Positions 25,187 to 38,785 of a stretch of 64,000 bases of DNA are shown one piece after another. The notes beneath the pieces were generated by a model that was not told the DNA's origin, ran no database searches, and was given only the letters and a program-made list of their open reading frames with translations. The position numbers were made by a program, and so were the translations under genes. The stretch lies in the NCBI RefSeq assembly GCF_001194135.2, contig NC_069002.1, positions 3,773,026-3,837,025 on the forward strand, given 5' to 3'. The stretch comes from Octopus bimaculoides (lineage: Eukaryota). The stretch's first letter is position 1, and every line of letters begins with the position of its first letter.

Positions 25187-26505
25187 GGTGTGACAATACA
25201 CACAAACACATGCACATATTTAGATATACACACACACACGCACACACAGATATGTGCGCATGTATACATACGTATATATAGATATATATATATACACATA
25301 CATGTGTACATCTCCTATACATTTATACATACATTAACCAAATATACACACACATAGATGTGCACATCTGTACATACATAAATATACACATTCGTATATT
25401 TATTCATGCACATCTGCAATGGACAAGGAATAGTGTATGCATGCAGAATATATGAATATATATATATATACACACACACCTTCCCATATATCCCCATATA
25501 TACATATACGTACAGGCTGTGACCACAGAATGGTAAGAATGATAAGAAATTGTAAATCAATATGCAAAGGCAAAATAGGACACAAGTGACCTCCCGACTA
25601 TGTAATCACATAGCCTGCTCAACATAGTAGCTGCCAATTCCCTTGTAAACACTTTTGTGGCTAAATCTTATGAAATAATCTTTAATCTTAATGACTTGTA
25701 GTGATACGGTATTTCGTTATGCAACCAGGAACTGCAACTGACAGACAACATTAGCAATGGAAACACAGCTCCTAGGTCTAATTAGAAGATTCGCTCCAGT
25801 GAGTCACTTCAAATCAAGCCACAAATTCTCCACATAGAGAAGTTACAGCTCTGATACGACAGGTATGTGAATTAGAATATTTAAGTGTTCAGCCTTCAGA
25901 TTAGCCAATCAAATGTAATGCTTATACAGTCACATTGTTTTGAATTGATTGTGCATTATCTTGTAGCCTCAAGATTTTGATGATAAGTTTATTTTTAAAA
26001 TGACATTGTAGGGTAGGTGCGAGAGGTAGAATCTGGTTGGGTTGAAAATAAAACCCAGTGGAATATTTTGGCCAGAAACGGCCAGTTTAAATGATGAAGG
26101 ATTAAAGAAGAAATCACAAGATAGAATTTACGAACAAGGACAACAGACTGGAGAGATAGTGGTTAACCATAGACAAGATGATTAGATTAATATCTCTAAC
26201 TTTGATCTAATCAGAACATGTACTGGTGATTGCTTCAAATAGTACTCTTTGGAGGCTCTACTTCAACAACCCTCATACAAAGAGTGGGCTATGAAGATGG
26301 TTGGCTGGAAGAAAAGGCAAAGGGAAAGACTAACAGAGATATGTATTTCTGGTGGGTGGGCACGAAGGGATTAAAAAAAAAGATTTTGTAACAAAGATCC
26401 TCTGCTTATAAATTTTAGAATGGGGAGAAGAAGCCATCCAAACAAGAGACTGAAACAAAATAGTGAAAAAAAGTATGAAACATAATCCTAAGTTAAACCA
26501 CTTAC

Positions 26506-26595
26506 ATTCTCGAGCAAATAAAGATCCGCTCTGACCAGTGTTCATATTCTTATAGAAGTTCTGTTGTTCTAAAGGATCAAGTACTCCAATGGGTG
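26506..26595 (-). CDS. TAB2: TAB2/TAB3 orthologue, coding exon 5
   Basis: ttttaacag|CA completes A|CA=Thr, then PIGVLDPLEQQNFYKNMNTGQSGSLFARE T|gtaagt (cf. TAB2 AIHNFYDNIG). 90 nt, phase 1 to 1. Confidence 0.88.
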
Positions 26596-28607
26596 CTGTT
26601 AAAAGAAACAGAGTGTGAGTGTTAATCACATCAGGAGTATTTCGAAAGTTACATAGATATGCACAAGCAACTATAACAGGTAATAACTATACCAAAACTG
26701 TAACTAAACAATCACTGAATTGTTAATTAGATAAGTTGTTTACTATAATCAATGTAATTGCCAAGTTTATATTTGAGAACGATATATTTGCCACCTGGGA
26801 GCATCTTAACAGAAGAAACAAGTACAGAACCCAAAATGTATATGAACATCACAATTCCATGACATTAAAGAACAGATAAAGAAATAAACATGCACACACA
26901 CAACCACATCATCATAACCATCATTATCCTAATGTCCTCTTTTCCATACTTTTGCATGGCTCAAATGGAGTTTATTGAGGTAGATTTTCTATGGTCAGAC
27001 GTACATGTATGCATGCATGTATGTATATATATATATATATATATATATAGTTATAGTTGGACCTGCAGAAGATTTGTCCTTTGACTTTGAAATATTAGAA
27101 ATAGGAAACTGAACGAAAAGTAATGGAAATTCCTGGCAGCAGGCAAAACAGGCAACATGAAATAAAAACAAAGGTAAACGAACACACACACACACACATA
27201 TGTGTGTACAACAGGCTTCTTTCAGTTTCCATCTACCAAATCTATTCACAAGGCTTTCGTTGGTCTGAGGCTACAGTAGAAGATGCTCAAGGTGCCATAC
27301 AGTGGGCCTGAACCCAAGACCACATGCTTGGGGAAGCAAGCTTTTTAACCACACAGCCATGTCTGTACTTGGGGAAAAAGGAAAAGAAAAGAACAGCAGC
27401 ACATCCTTATGTGCCTTAGAACATCTCAAGAAATTGTCATAACATCTCAAGAAATGCATAGGATTAGAAACGAACTTCTTCAGGAAGCTGAACTACAGAA
27501 ATATTTATGTATGTAATGCCTGACGACAGAATTCAGACGACAAGTTTTATTATACAACACTTCTCTGTAAACAATATTTCCAGTTAATCCTATGTTATTA
27601 TTATACCACAGGACTATCAACACACACACACACACTTTGCTATAACCAGTTAGAAACAGGATGTATAACCTGACGTACACACAGCTTTCACTGTTATTTT
27701 GAAATATTTGTGGTATATTTCAAGGTTGTTCTGGCATTCAGTTGTCCACAAAAGAAGCAGTATATAATAGATTGGTTTTGATGCTTCTCAATAAATATGA
27801 CAAAAATAAAGCCTGGTAGGATATATATTTGTCTTCAGAAATGATAGAGATTTACGACATTTCCCTACTCCTTTGGCGATATACTATGCTTGTGTAGACC
27901 TGTCAAGCCAAGTGAGATCATGGTCATGGCTGATGCCGGTGTCACGTCAATGGTACCTGTGCCATGGCAGGTTAAAAGCATCCACTACACTCTTGGAGTG
28001 GTTGGCATTAGGAGGGGCATCCAGACGTAGAAACCTTGCCAAATTAGATTGGAACCTGGTGCAGCTCCCTGGCTTACCAGTTTTCAGTCAAACCATCCAA
28101 CCCATGCCAGCAGGGAAAGCAGACGTTAAACGATGATGATGTGTCTCTTTTANNNNNNNNNNNNNNNNNNNNNNNNNNNNNNNNNNNNNNNNNNNNNNNN
28201 NNNNNNNNNNNNNNNNNNNNNNNNNNNNNNNNNNNNNNNNNNNNNNNNNNNNNNNNNNNNNNNNNNNNNNNNNNNNNNNNNNNNNNNNNNNNNNNNNNNN
28301 NNNNNNNNNNNNNNNNNNNNNNNNNNNNNNNNNNNNNNNNNNNNNNNNNNNNNNNNNNNNNNNNNNNNNNNNNNNNNNNNNNNNNNNNNNNNNNNNNNNN
28401 NNNNNNNNNNNNNNNNNNNNNNNNNNNNNNNNNNNNNNNNNNNNNNNNNNNNNNNNNNNNNNNNNNNNNNNNNNNNNNNNNNNNNNNNNNNNNNNNNNNN
28501 NNNNNNNNNNNNNNNNNNNNNNNNNNNNNNNNNNNNNNNNNNNNNNNNNNNNNNNNNNNNNNNNNNNNNNNNNNNNNNNNNNNNNNNNNNNNNNNNNNNN
28601 NNNNNNN

Positions 28608-28651
<44 letters not shown>

Positions 28652-28702
28652 ACTATCACTCACACATAATTATATTTATAAAAACTTAAAGAAATGACCT
28701 AC

Positions 28703-28778
28703 TTTGTCCATTGTTGTGAGCGTCGAGTTCCTTCAGCATACCTTCTATTTCAGCTTGTATTTTATAAAAGTCAGCAGG
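28703..28778 (-). CDS. TAB2: TAB2/TAB3 orthologue, coding exon 4 (second coiled-coil helix)
   Basis: tttaccag|PADFYKIQAEIEGMLKELDAHNNGQ A|gtaggt. Resembles TAB2 [16 protein letters not shown]. Phase 0 to 1 fits both neighbours. Too short to appear in the ORF track. Confidence 0.85.
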
Positions 28779-29573
28779 CTGGTAAATACAAAAGCGGTGA
28801 GAAACCAGATTAAATTTACACATATTTGCATGTTTGTATCAAAGATTCTCAAAGCTGACTTCAGACAAACTAAGGTTTCTCAGAAACCTGGTTTGGAAAA
28901 GTTCTTTCACATTTTGCTATAAGATATTTATTTCACTATCGCAAGAAATGTCAGCTAACCAGCTATGAAATATATGAAGTTGAGTCATTTGTATGTTGCT
29001 GTTGTTTAGAGTCAAGCCCTTACTATCTCGTCATTTATTCAACTTAAAATGGCTATGATTATTTTATAATCCAATGTATCATTCCTTTTATTTTAAAGGC
29101 AATATAGTGAGGTCCGAGGACGATTTAGTTGCTACTTCTAGCAAATCAAAACAACCACATGGAGGCTCCTTTGAACAAGTCTTAATCGTTCAGTGAGGCA
29201 CTCTCTAATAGGCAGAGTTAGCTCCCTTCCAGAAACGCAACTCGACACCCACTCACCCTCACCACCCACACTAAATCAAGAAAGCGTCTATTATTAGTCA
29301 TGGGAGAACTGTAGGCCATGGGACTTTCTGAGTGGCACATCTAATTTCACAAGGAAAATAGCATTTATTAAAATTCTTCTGTAGTGCAGTCTGCCTGATA
29401 ATGAATCATGTTTCATGCAGCCTCTTTCTCAAATAGGTTGCCCATGCTTAATCTATAGAGAGGTTTCACTACATAGTCAATCAACCTGCTAGAAATGGCA
29501 ACCAAACCTCGCTCACATCTTTAAAAAATGTGAAGGCTGCTATAACTGAATGGCTAGCAGTCACCCAGTTATG

Positions 29574-29695
29574 ACCATGTGGTGACTTGCTATAACCATG
29601 TGATCAGTGGTCAGCAAATTAGAACCATGTGGTCAGCAGTCAACCAACCAGGACCATGTGATCAGTAGTCCAGCATCTATGAACACATGGTCAAT
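29574..29695. repeat. Degenerate ~29-bp minisatellite with ACCATGTG core
   Basis: ACCATGTG starts at 29574, 29595, 29624 and 29653 (spacing 21, 29, 29). Confidence 0.65.
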
Positions 29696-31635
29696 AATAA
29701 TCCAACTATGATTATGAGGTCAACAGCCCTTTACTGTGACCAAATGGATGCCCTTCCTAACGCCAACCACTCCGAGAGTGTCGTGGGTGTTCTACGTGCC
29801 ACCGGCACGAGGGCCAGTCAGGCGGTACTGGCGACGGCCACGCTCGAAATGGTGTATTTTACGTGCCACCTGCACAGGAGCCAGTCCATCGATTGTCAGG
29901 CAGTGGTGGGAGACAAGCACAGACACAAAAACACGAAGAGCTTTTTTCCAGTTTGTCCACAAAAGCCACTCTCAAGACTTAGATCAGCCCAAGACTGTTG
30001 CTCAAGGTACCATGCAGTGGGACTGAACCCAGTTCCGTGTGGTTGGGAAGCAAACTTCTTACCACGCAGCCATGCCCGCTCCTACAGAAAGGCACACCCG
30101 AAGAATTTAGAAAAACAACTTTGTCGCCATAAAGCCGGTGTTTGGAACATAATTTAACATGACATTTTGGTGGTAGTTTTTTTATTTTAGATCATTTTAA
30201 AACAGGAAGTGTATATCAAAGGACCAAGGATAGTCTGTCCCAGGCCGTCTGGCATCAAAGGGTCAGATGTAGTTGAGGGAGGGGAACGTAACATCTCTTG
30301 TGATACATGTTCAATAGTTCAGTAATTGAATCATAAATTATTATCACTATAGAACTGAATGGGGGGGGGGGGTAGTAGTAGCAGACAATGAACATAGAGA
30401 GCATAGTAGGAGAAGGAAATGGAAAAGAGAGAGGAAGAAGAAACGTGAGAGGGAAAGAGAGAGAGGAGACAGAGACAGAGAGAAATGAGGGAAGGTGAGA
30501 GATAAAAAGACGCAATGTTAAAGAGTACACCACCTGGAAAATATCTGAGTTTTGAGCTAAAAATAAAAAAGGTAGGATTAGATAATTAGACCAAACTGTT
30601 TGACTGTTTATCATTGTGAACAGTTATATAGATGTATCTAGTTACACCACTAAACATGAATCTGAACACTGGTTTAACCTCGAGCCAGCATGGAAACCTC
30701 AATGCGGTAAAAATAGCAGCCAAATCTCTTTTGTATCACAAACTACTGTCTTAAAAAAGAAAACAGAGCAAGAGGATGGTACCCATTGCGATTTCTAGAA
30801 TAGGGCACCAGGCCAGAAATTTATGGAGGGAGTAGCTGTTGGTTAAATCAACCCTAGTACTTTGTTGGTACTTTATTTTATTGATCCTGGCCTCCACCCC
30901 TACTCACCTACCAGCACCACCATATGGTTGAAAGGTAAATTTGGGAGGATTTAGTCTCAAAATATGAAGGAACATAACCAAAAATCACAAGACATTTCAT
31001 CTGATAATCTAATGCAACACTTTTCAAGGCAGGATCTCATGCCGTACCGGCAAGGCATGGCAATATTTTGGTGGGTTGTAGGACTTCAGAAGGGGACATG
31101 TAAATAAAGCTTGCAATAAAGTTTTAATTAAAACTCCTTTTAACTACACACACACACACACACAATGGGCTTTTTTCAGTTACTGTTTCCTGAATCCACT
31201 CGAGTTTTTGGCTGACCTGAGCCCATAATAGAAGATACTTGCCTAAAGTGTTACATAGTGAGAACTTCCTTCATTCATGTTGGGATGCATATCATCATCA
31301 TCATCATCATCATCGTTTAACGTCCGCTTTCCATGCTAGCATGGGTTGGACGATTTGACTGAGGACTGGTGAAACCGGATGGCAACACCAGGCTCCAGTC
31401 TGATTTGGCAGAGTTTCTACAGCTGGATGCCCTTCCTAACGCCAACCACTCAGAGAGCATAGTATAAAGATAATTGCTCTAATGAGTCTGCCAATCCATG
31501 TCATTTATAATAAACAATAGCATATCAAGAAGGAACTTCCGCATTCATCACAGCAAGCTGAAGTGTATAGTATGATGCTCAACTAAGTGGAAGTCTGATG
31601 ATGTAAGTGGGACACAGCTAGTGGTTCAAACCATC

Positions 31636-31946
31636 TATTAGGTTGTCCAGGAAGTTCTGAGCGTTTTTAAGCTAAATCTTTTAATGCTTCATTGAACATA
31701 CCTGAAACCTAACACAGTTAAAACTTTGGTGTTGCTTGAAGTGGTAGTGCAGCTCTTCTTTGTTCCCGACTAAAAATGGATTTATCTTTCATTCCGGTTT
31801 CCCTTTGTTGACATTTGAAATGGGTAACCAAAAATTTCATATTTGCATTGTAATACTTTTCTTTTTAAAAAAGGAGAAAATGCTGCAAAGACTTGCAGAA
31901 ACATTTGTGAAATTTATGGTGATGATGATGCTGTAGGTGAATCAAC
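31636..31946 (+). mobile_element. Mariner element left end with transposase N-terminus (rest in N-gap)
   Basis: TIR-like tattaggttgtccaggaagtt. ORF HCNTFLFKKGENAAKTCRNICEIYGDDDAVGES matches the mariner HTH start. Confidence 0.8.
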
Positions 31947-32746
31947 NNNNNNNNNNNNNNNNNNNNNNNNNNNNNNNNNNNNNNNNNNNNNNNNNNNNNN
32001 NNNNNNNNNNNNNNNNNNNNNNNNNNNNNNNNNNNNNNNNNNNNNNNNNNNNNNNNNNNNNNNNNNNNNNNNNNNNNNNNNNNNNNNNNNNNNNNNNNNN
32101 NNNNNNNNNNNNNNNNNNNNNNNNNNNNNNNNNNNNNNNNNNNNNNNNNNNNNNNNNNNNNNNNNNNNNNNNNNNNNNNNNNNNNNNNNNNNNNNNNNNN
32201 NNNNNNNNNNNNNNNNNNNNNNNNNNNNNNNNNNNNNNNNNNNNNNNNNNNNNNNNNNNNNNNNNNNNNNNNNNNNNNNNNNNNNNNNNNNNNNNNNNNN
32301 NNNNNNNNNNNNNNNNNNNNNNNNNNNNNNNNNNNNNNNNNNNNNNNNNNNNNNNNNNNNNNNNNNNNNNNNNNNNNNNNNNNNNNNNNNNNNNNNNNNN
32401 NNNNNNNNNNNNNNNNNNNNNNNNNNNNNNNNNNNNNNNNNNNNNNNNNNNNNNNNNNNNNNNNNNNNNNNNNNNNNNNNNNNNNNNNNNNNNNNNNNNN
32501 NNNNNNNNNNNNNNNNNNNNNNNNNNNNNNNNNNNNNNNNNNNNNNNNNNNNNNNNNNNNNNNNNNNNNNNNNNNNNNNNNNNNNNNNNNNNNNNNNNNN
32601 NNNNNNNNNTAACTCCAAGCTCTCGGCTTCTTTGAGTTAAAGGGGTTTTTGGGTCATGACCTATAATGGCCAGCCCATATATAAATCTGGCCCTGGGACA
32701 GACCTAGGGTTAAACAACAGTAACAATAATAAACAGAGTAACTTAC

Positions 32747-32880
32747 AGTTGGTATGTTCTGTTCTTTCTTGTTTCTCTGAATCGCTTCAATTTCAGAAGA
32801 TAATTCTTGAGTTGTCTTTATTAGATTATTGTAGTCTTCTGATAGTTTCTCATATCTCTGATGCTGGTGGTTTAATAAAG
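32747..32880 (-). CDS. TAB2: TAB2/TAB3 orthologue, coding exon 3 (coiled coil / TAK1-binding region)
   Basis: ttttgcag|CT completes G|CT=Ala, then LLNHQHQRYEKLSEDYNNLIKTTQELSSEIEAIQRNKKEQNIPT|gtaagt. Matches TAB2 ALLVHQKARMERL...QIP. Phase 1 to 0, 134 nt. Confidence 0.92.
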
Positions 32881-33596
32881 CTGCAAAAAAAAAAGTTTTT
32901 TTTAAAATTAAAAATGCCATAATTTTTCATTTCATTTTTCATTCTGCCATATTTTAACAACAATAGTATCAAACAATTTTCCTTCATCAACATAACCTTC
33001 AATAATATTATCATTATTTTAACCATCACCACCATCATCATCATCATCATTGGATAAAATGCTGCTAAGCATTTTGTCTGTCTTAGCGTTCTGAGTTCAA
33101 ACTTTGCTGAGGTCGGTTTCGCCTTTCATCCTTTTTGGGATCGATAAAATAACTATCAGTTGAACACTGGGGTCAATGGTAACACATGTGTCAACCCCAG
33201 TGTTCAGTGGTACTAACTTTATTGACCCTGAAAGAATGAAAAGCAAAGTCAACCTCGATAGAATTTAAATTAAGAACATCAAGAGCCAGAAGATAAGCCA
33301 TCAGACATTTTATCTGGAGTGCTAATTAATTATTTTGCCAGATCACTGCCTTAATGATGAAGATGATAATGATTCGTAACCTTGAGACAGCTCACAAATT
33401 TTGACGACAGGCAGTGAATATAATTGATTCCAGCAATCTACATACATATACATAACACTAATAGACAAGTACATATATACACACAAAAATATATGTGCTG
33501 CATAGGAAGGATGTGTGTGTGTTTGTGTGTGTGTAAATAATTGCTAGTATTTATATAACTTATGTATATATATAGGTAGGTATGTATGTATGCATG

Positions 33597-33642
<46 letters not shown>

Positions 33643-34177
33643 GAGGCAAAGGAGTGGCTGTGTGGTAAGTAGCTTGCTTACCAACCACATGGTTCCAGGT
33701 TCAGTCCCACTGCATGGCACCACGGGCAAGTGTCTTCCATTATAGCCTTGGGCTGACCAAAACCTTTTGAGTGGATTTGGTAGATGGAAACTGAAAGAAG
33801 CCCGTCATATTTATATATGTATGTGTGTGTCTTTGTTTGTCCCCCACACCATCACTTGACAACCGATGTTGGTGTGTTGACGTCCTCGTAATTTAGCAGT
33901 TTGGCAAAAGGGACCGATAGAATAAGAACTAGGNNNNNNNNNNTTTGTTCGACTAAAGACGGTGCTCCAGCATGGCTGCAGTCAAATGACTGGAACAAAT
34001 AAACAAGTGTGTGTGTGTGTGTGTATAGATAGAGAGAGAGAGAAGAGAGAGAGAGAAGGGGGGGAGAGACTAGATTCCAATTGCATAGGACTATACATTA
34101 CACCCCTATGTATTGGTTTACCATGTTGCCTGATATCCACTAAAGGACCTTTTGTGATTACCACGGGATTAGATAAA

Positions 34178-34227
<50 letters not shown>

Positions 34228-35272
34228 TACATGTGTGTGTATATAATTGATTAATGAAAGAGATGGAAGATGGAAGACACAAGAATGTTTATTGATCACT
34301 ACAATTGTTTTGACCCATCCAGCATCAATCCCTCATGGGTGGATACTGAACAACTGGGTCAATTGCAGCAATCGATAAACATTCTCATGTCTACTTCCTT
34401 CTGTCACTCTCAATATCCAACAAACACTGTGAAAGTGAGCCTGCTTTACTGGCTAGCTACCAGGTGTATACCATATGATTTATTATCTAAAATATATATA
34501 TATATATANNNNNNNNNNNNNNNNNNNNNNNNNNNNNNNNNNNNNNNNNNNNNNNNNNNNNNNNNNNNNNNNNNNNNNNNNNNNNNNNNNNNNNNNNNNN
34601 NNNNNNNNNNNNNNNNNNNNNNNNNNNNNNNNNNNNNNNNNNNNNNNNNNNNNNNNNNNNNNNNNNNNNNNNNNNNNNNNNNNNNNNNNNNNNNNNNNNN
34701 NNNNNNNNNNNNNNNNNNNNNNNNNNNNNNNNNNNNNNNNNNNNNNNNNNNNNNNNNNNNNNNNNNNNNNNNNNNNNNNNNNNNNNNNNNNNNNNNNNNN
34801 NNNNNNNNNNNNNNNNNNNNNNNNNNNNNNNNNNNNNNNNNNNNNNNNNNNNNNNNNNNNNNNNNNNNNNNNNNNNNNNNNNNNNNNNNNNNNNNNNNNN
34901 ATATATATATATATATACATGTTATATATAAATGGATGAGTGAATTTTCCTTTGTTTACAGTTAACACGGAAAATTCAATAAACAGTTACCAGGGTAACA
35001 AGGATGTAGCAACCTGTTCAAAGGCAGAAACTCCGGGTTAATGTGCAGTAGTTTGTATCGTATAACTAAATAAATGGAGTTAAACGCAGGTGTTATTCAA
35101 ATTCTTTTACTTCTGACATATGTTTCGAAGACAACATTGGTATTATTCCAAAAGAATAAATGGTGCAACTCAAAATGTAAAAGACTATTTCATTTTCCAG
35201 AGCGTTAAACTAATACACCTACTTGTTGCTCATACACCTGTCTTCATCTTTTGCTTTTCTATAAATTTCAAC

Positions 35273-35305
<33 letters not shown>

Positions 35306-36644
35306 GTATCATCATCATCATCATCATCATCATCATCGTTTAACGTCCGCTTTCCATGCTAGCATGGGTTGGACGATTTGACTGAGGACTGGTGAAACCG
35401 GATGGCAACACCAGGCACGCATACACATATGCGTGTGCGTGCACGTGTGTTGTGTGTTTGTCATGACATTTTGCATCATTCATTTCCAATATTGTGCAGG
35501 AACATGTCTGGCCATGAGAAATTATTACTTTGCTTGGAAACAGATGAATGATGGTGAGAGGATGGGCCTTTGACCATGGAAAGCCCGTCTTAATAAACTC
35601 CATTCAACCCATCAAGCATGGAAAAGTGGAAGTTAGATTTATAATGATAGTGCTCCACTTATTACATGTTTTCTACTGATCCTATGAACAGATTTTTTTT
35701 TTTTTCTCTTTCAATTTAATAGGAATACCACAAAGACGAGTGGTTAGTTAGTTCGCTTTGCAATCACATGAGCTCAAGTTCAGTTCCACTGCCTGGCATC
35801 TTCAGCAAACATGTATAATAGCCTTGGAATGACTAATGCACACGAGTGAAATTGGGCGACGAAAACAGCATGAACATGTGCACATGCATGCATGTGTGTG
35901 TGTGTGTGTGTGTGTGTGCATATGTAGGAACATATGTGTTTGTATGCGTTTTTCCCTACGCTTTTTTTTTCATGTACTGTAACTTAGAGATGTGACAAAA
36001 TGGTTACTGAAACAAGTACCCATTTTAAGGGTAAATAATGGAATCAACATGGTCAAGTAAAAGCTCTACAGTCCAGGGACAGCAATAATCTAAAGAGCAA
36101 AGAGCAGTTACAACAATATCTTACAATAACCTTGAATCAAGAATAGAAATAGAAATAAAATTCATTCTAGATTTCACTTTTAAGTACCACCTGTGGATTA
36201 CTGAATAAAAGGTTGGCTTAGAAATTGTTATAATATTCAGAAAAAGACAAATAAAATACTCTCCAAAATATAAAACTAAAATATTCATTTCAAAGCTTGG
36301 CACAAGGCCAGCAATTTCAGGGAAGTGGGCAAGACGATTGCATCCCCCACCCCCCACCCCGGGGGTTCATCTGGTGCTTATTTTATCGATCCCAAAAGGA
36401 TGAAAGCCAAAGTCAACACTGGTGGAATTTGAACCCAGAATGTGAGGATGGAGGAAATGCCAAAAACATCTTGCCTGGCATGCTAACGATTCTGTCGACT
36501 CAACACCTTAATAAAATGAAAATATTAATTTAAAAAATTGCACGAAATTACATTTGAGAAGAAAAACAATCAATCATGGGAATATTGCATTTGTAAAAAC
36601 AAAAATCACAATAAAATAGGTTTAAAAAATTAAACAAGACACAC

Positions 36645-37629
36645 CTTTAGTGTAAGCTTGATCATCTTGCGAAGTTCCAATAGAGTATAGTAATTTTTCA
36701 GATTGAGATGGCAGACCAGATACACCTGGGCTAACAGAATGAACGAAGGTGTTCTTAGTTGGTCTGTAGTGTAAGGTTGTTTTACTGTTTATTGCAATAG
36801 GATGTTGGTGTTGAGAAACGTCAGGTGCATAACCATGCATGTTAGCAAACTGATATTTAAAGGGAGACTCAGCTAACTGGTGATAATCTAATTGCTGAGA
36901 AATTTGAGTCGATGGGGAGTGCTTGGGGTTAATGTACTGTCCAGCCAGACGTGGACTCTGGTTTCCAGTAACAGACTGCGGAGAATAGGGACTTGGTGGC
37001 TGCGATCCATGCAGAGATGGCTGAGGAGAGTGCAAAGTACTAGCTACTGGATGCAGCATGCTAACTTGGTGATCATACTCAAGTAATCGGCCTTTGTTCA
37101 TATTTGGTGTTTGGCTGTACATCTCCCGTGGGTGGGCCTCAATATAAATATTAGCATGAGTAGAATGCTGAGAATTGGAAGCGACAGGAGTGGGCATAAC
37201 TAGAGGGTCGTTCTTTTGTAGAGTTGGCCAGTGTAGTTTATCATTATGTGGACTGCTAGAAAAGTTACCATACATTTGTGGCATGTTGTATTTATTATAA
37301 CTGTTCGGATCTACTTCAGAAGTCTGAATGTGCTGAACAGAAATCTGTCGTTTGGGAGTGGTCGATGTTTTGCAGGTAATATGTGGAATCATACTGGAAT
37401 TTGGAACATGCTTATATTGATCGAAATCAACAACTGGATTTGAGTTTAGTTCTGGTGAATGTGAAGTAACAGGGCTACTTTTATTAAATTTGGATGTCAC
37501 CAGTGGCGGGGAGACATCAGTCCTTTTAATTTCCAAATTCAGTTTCTGCATGCTATTATTCACAGAGCTGATAGTATTAAGAGAGTTCTTATTCAACTCT
37601 TCCAGACATTTATCCTTGTCATTGTTGAA
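36645..37629 (-). CDS. TAB2: TAB2/TAB3 orthologue, coding exon 2 (end of CUE, long S/P/Q/H-rich disordered region, start of coiled coil)
   Basis: Acceptor tttcag| then FNNDKDKCLEELNKNS, continuing the CUE helix (cf. NNNNLDACCAVL). 985-nt open frame, the only long non-gap ORF in the window. Ends DDQAYTK G|gtgtgt (cf. TAB2 DDAAYTQ), phase 1. Confidence 0.93.
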
Positions 37630-38210
37630 CTGAAATATAAAAGAGAAAAGAATTAAGTTCTATGTTGATGCGTGTGTGTGTGTGTGTGTGTGTGTGTTGT
37701 ATACATGATAAGAGAGTTTTAATACGGAATACCAACCTGCTCATAACAATGGATATCAAAGTGTGACAAAGAGAAAAGTTGTAATGGTCTACGTGTCAGC
37801 AAATGCTAAGTACAAAAAGCTCACTCAGAGAAATTCTTTTGCTATGAGGAAGTCAAATAGTTTGGAGTAGACTTCTTTGGAGAAAGATGAAACGTTTATT
37901 GATGATGCTGAATAAATCGAAGTAATAGAATGAAATAGTGCTATACGTGAATACCAGTGGCTAGGAATTTTAAGAACATTGTAATAAGCAAGCAAAATAC
38001 GTGTATGTATTACATGCACCTTTTTCTTTACTTCTTAATTTCAAATTCAAACTTCTAATCCCACCCAATATTATGAAGAAATTGTTATCTCCCTGTCTGC
38101 TGGGAACACCACATCTCTGAATAGTGGTTGTAACATCTATAATCATTTCATCTCTCCCACGAATAGTTCTGATTGAAACATTACAAATAGCTTATTCCTC
38201 TAGAAAAAAA

Positions 38211-38245
<35 letters not shown>

Positions 38246-38315
38246 AATAATAATAATAATAATAATAGAGACTTGGATCCAACTTGTACAAATGCAAAAC
38301 AAAAGTCAAACATAA

Positions 38316-38354
<39 letters not shown>

Positions 38355-38356
38355 TA

Positions 38357-38785
38357 AGGCAAATAGACCAGATATAGTTGTCAAAGATCATGAAGAAAAA
38401 AAATGCTTTCTAATTGACGTATCAATACCAGCAGATGACAACGTTTCTCTAAAAGAAATGGAGAAACTTTCAAAATACAAAGACCTGGAAATAGAGGTAA
38501 CTCGAATGTGGAATCGAAAAACAGAAACAATTCCTATCATAGTAGGTGCCTTAGGTATAATAAAAAAATATTCAGACAAATACATAACAAAAACACCAGG
38601 ACTTACAAATATATGTAACATACAGAAAATTGCACTACTGGGTACTGCACACATTCTACGCAAAACACTTTCAATACAGTAAACATAAGAGCACCACAGC
38701 AAACCACAACACATACCCAAGGCGCACAGAGTTGCGCTCGGTAGTGAAGTGAAAGCACGTTATAAAAATAAAACTACTGAACAAC
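38357..38785 (+). mobile_element. R4/Dong-like non-LTR retrotransposon 3' end (REL endonuclease) embedded in (AAT)n
   Basis: Open frame ANRPDIVVKDHEEKKCFLIDVSIP...EKLSKYKDL...IPIIVGALG carries the PD..D..K REL motif. A 3' UTR follows, with (TAA)n on both sides. Confidence 0.85.

Noticed and set aside
29574-29695. CRISPR-like repeat-spacer appearance
   Set aside because: Eukaryotic intron, degenerate repeats, spacers only ~12 nt, no cas genes.
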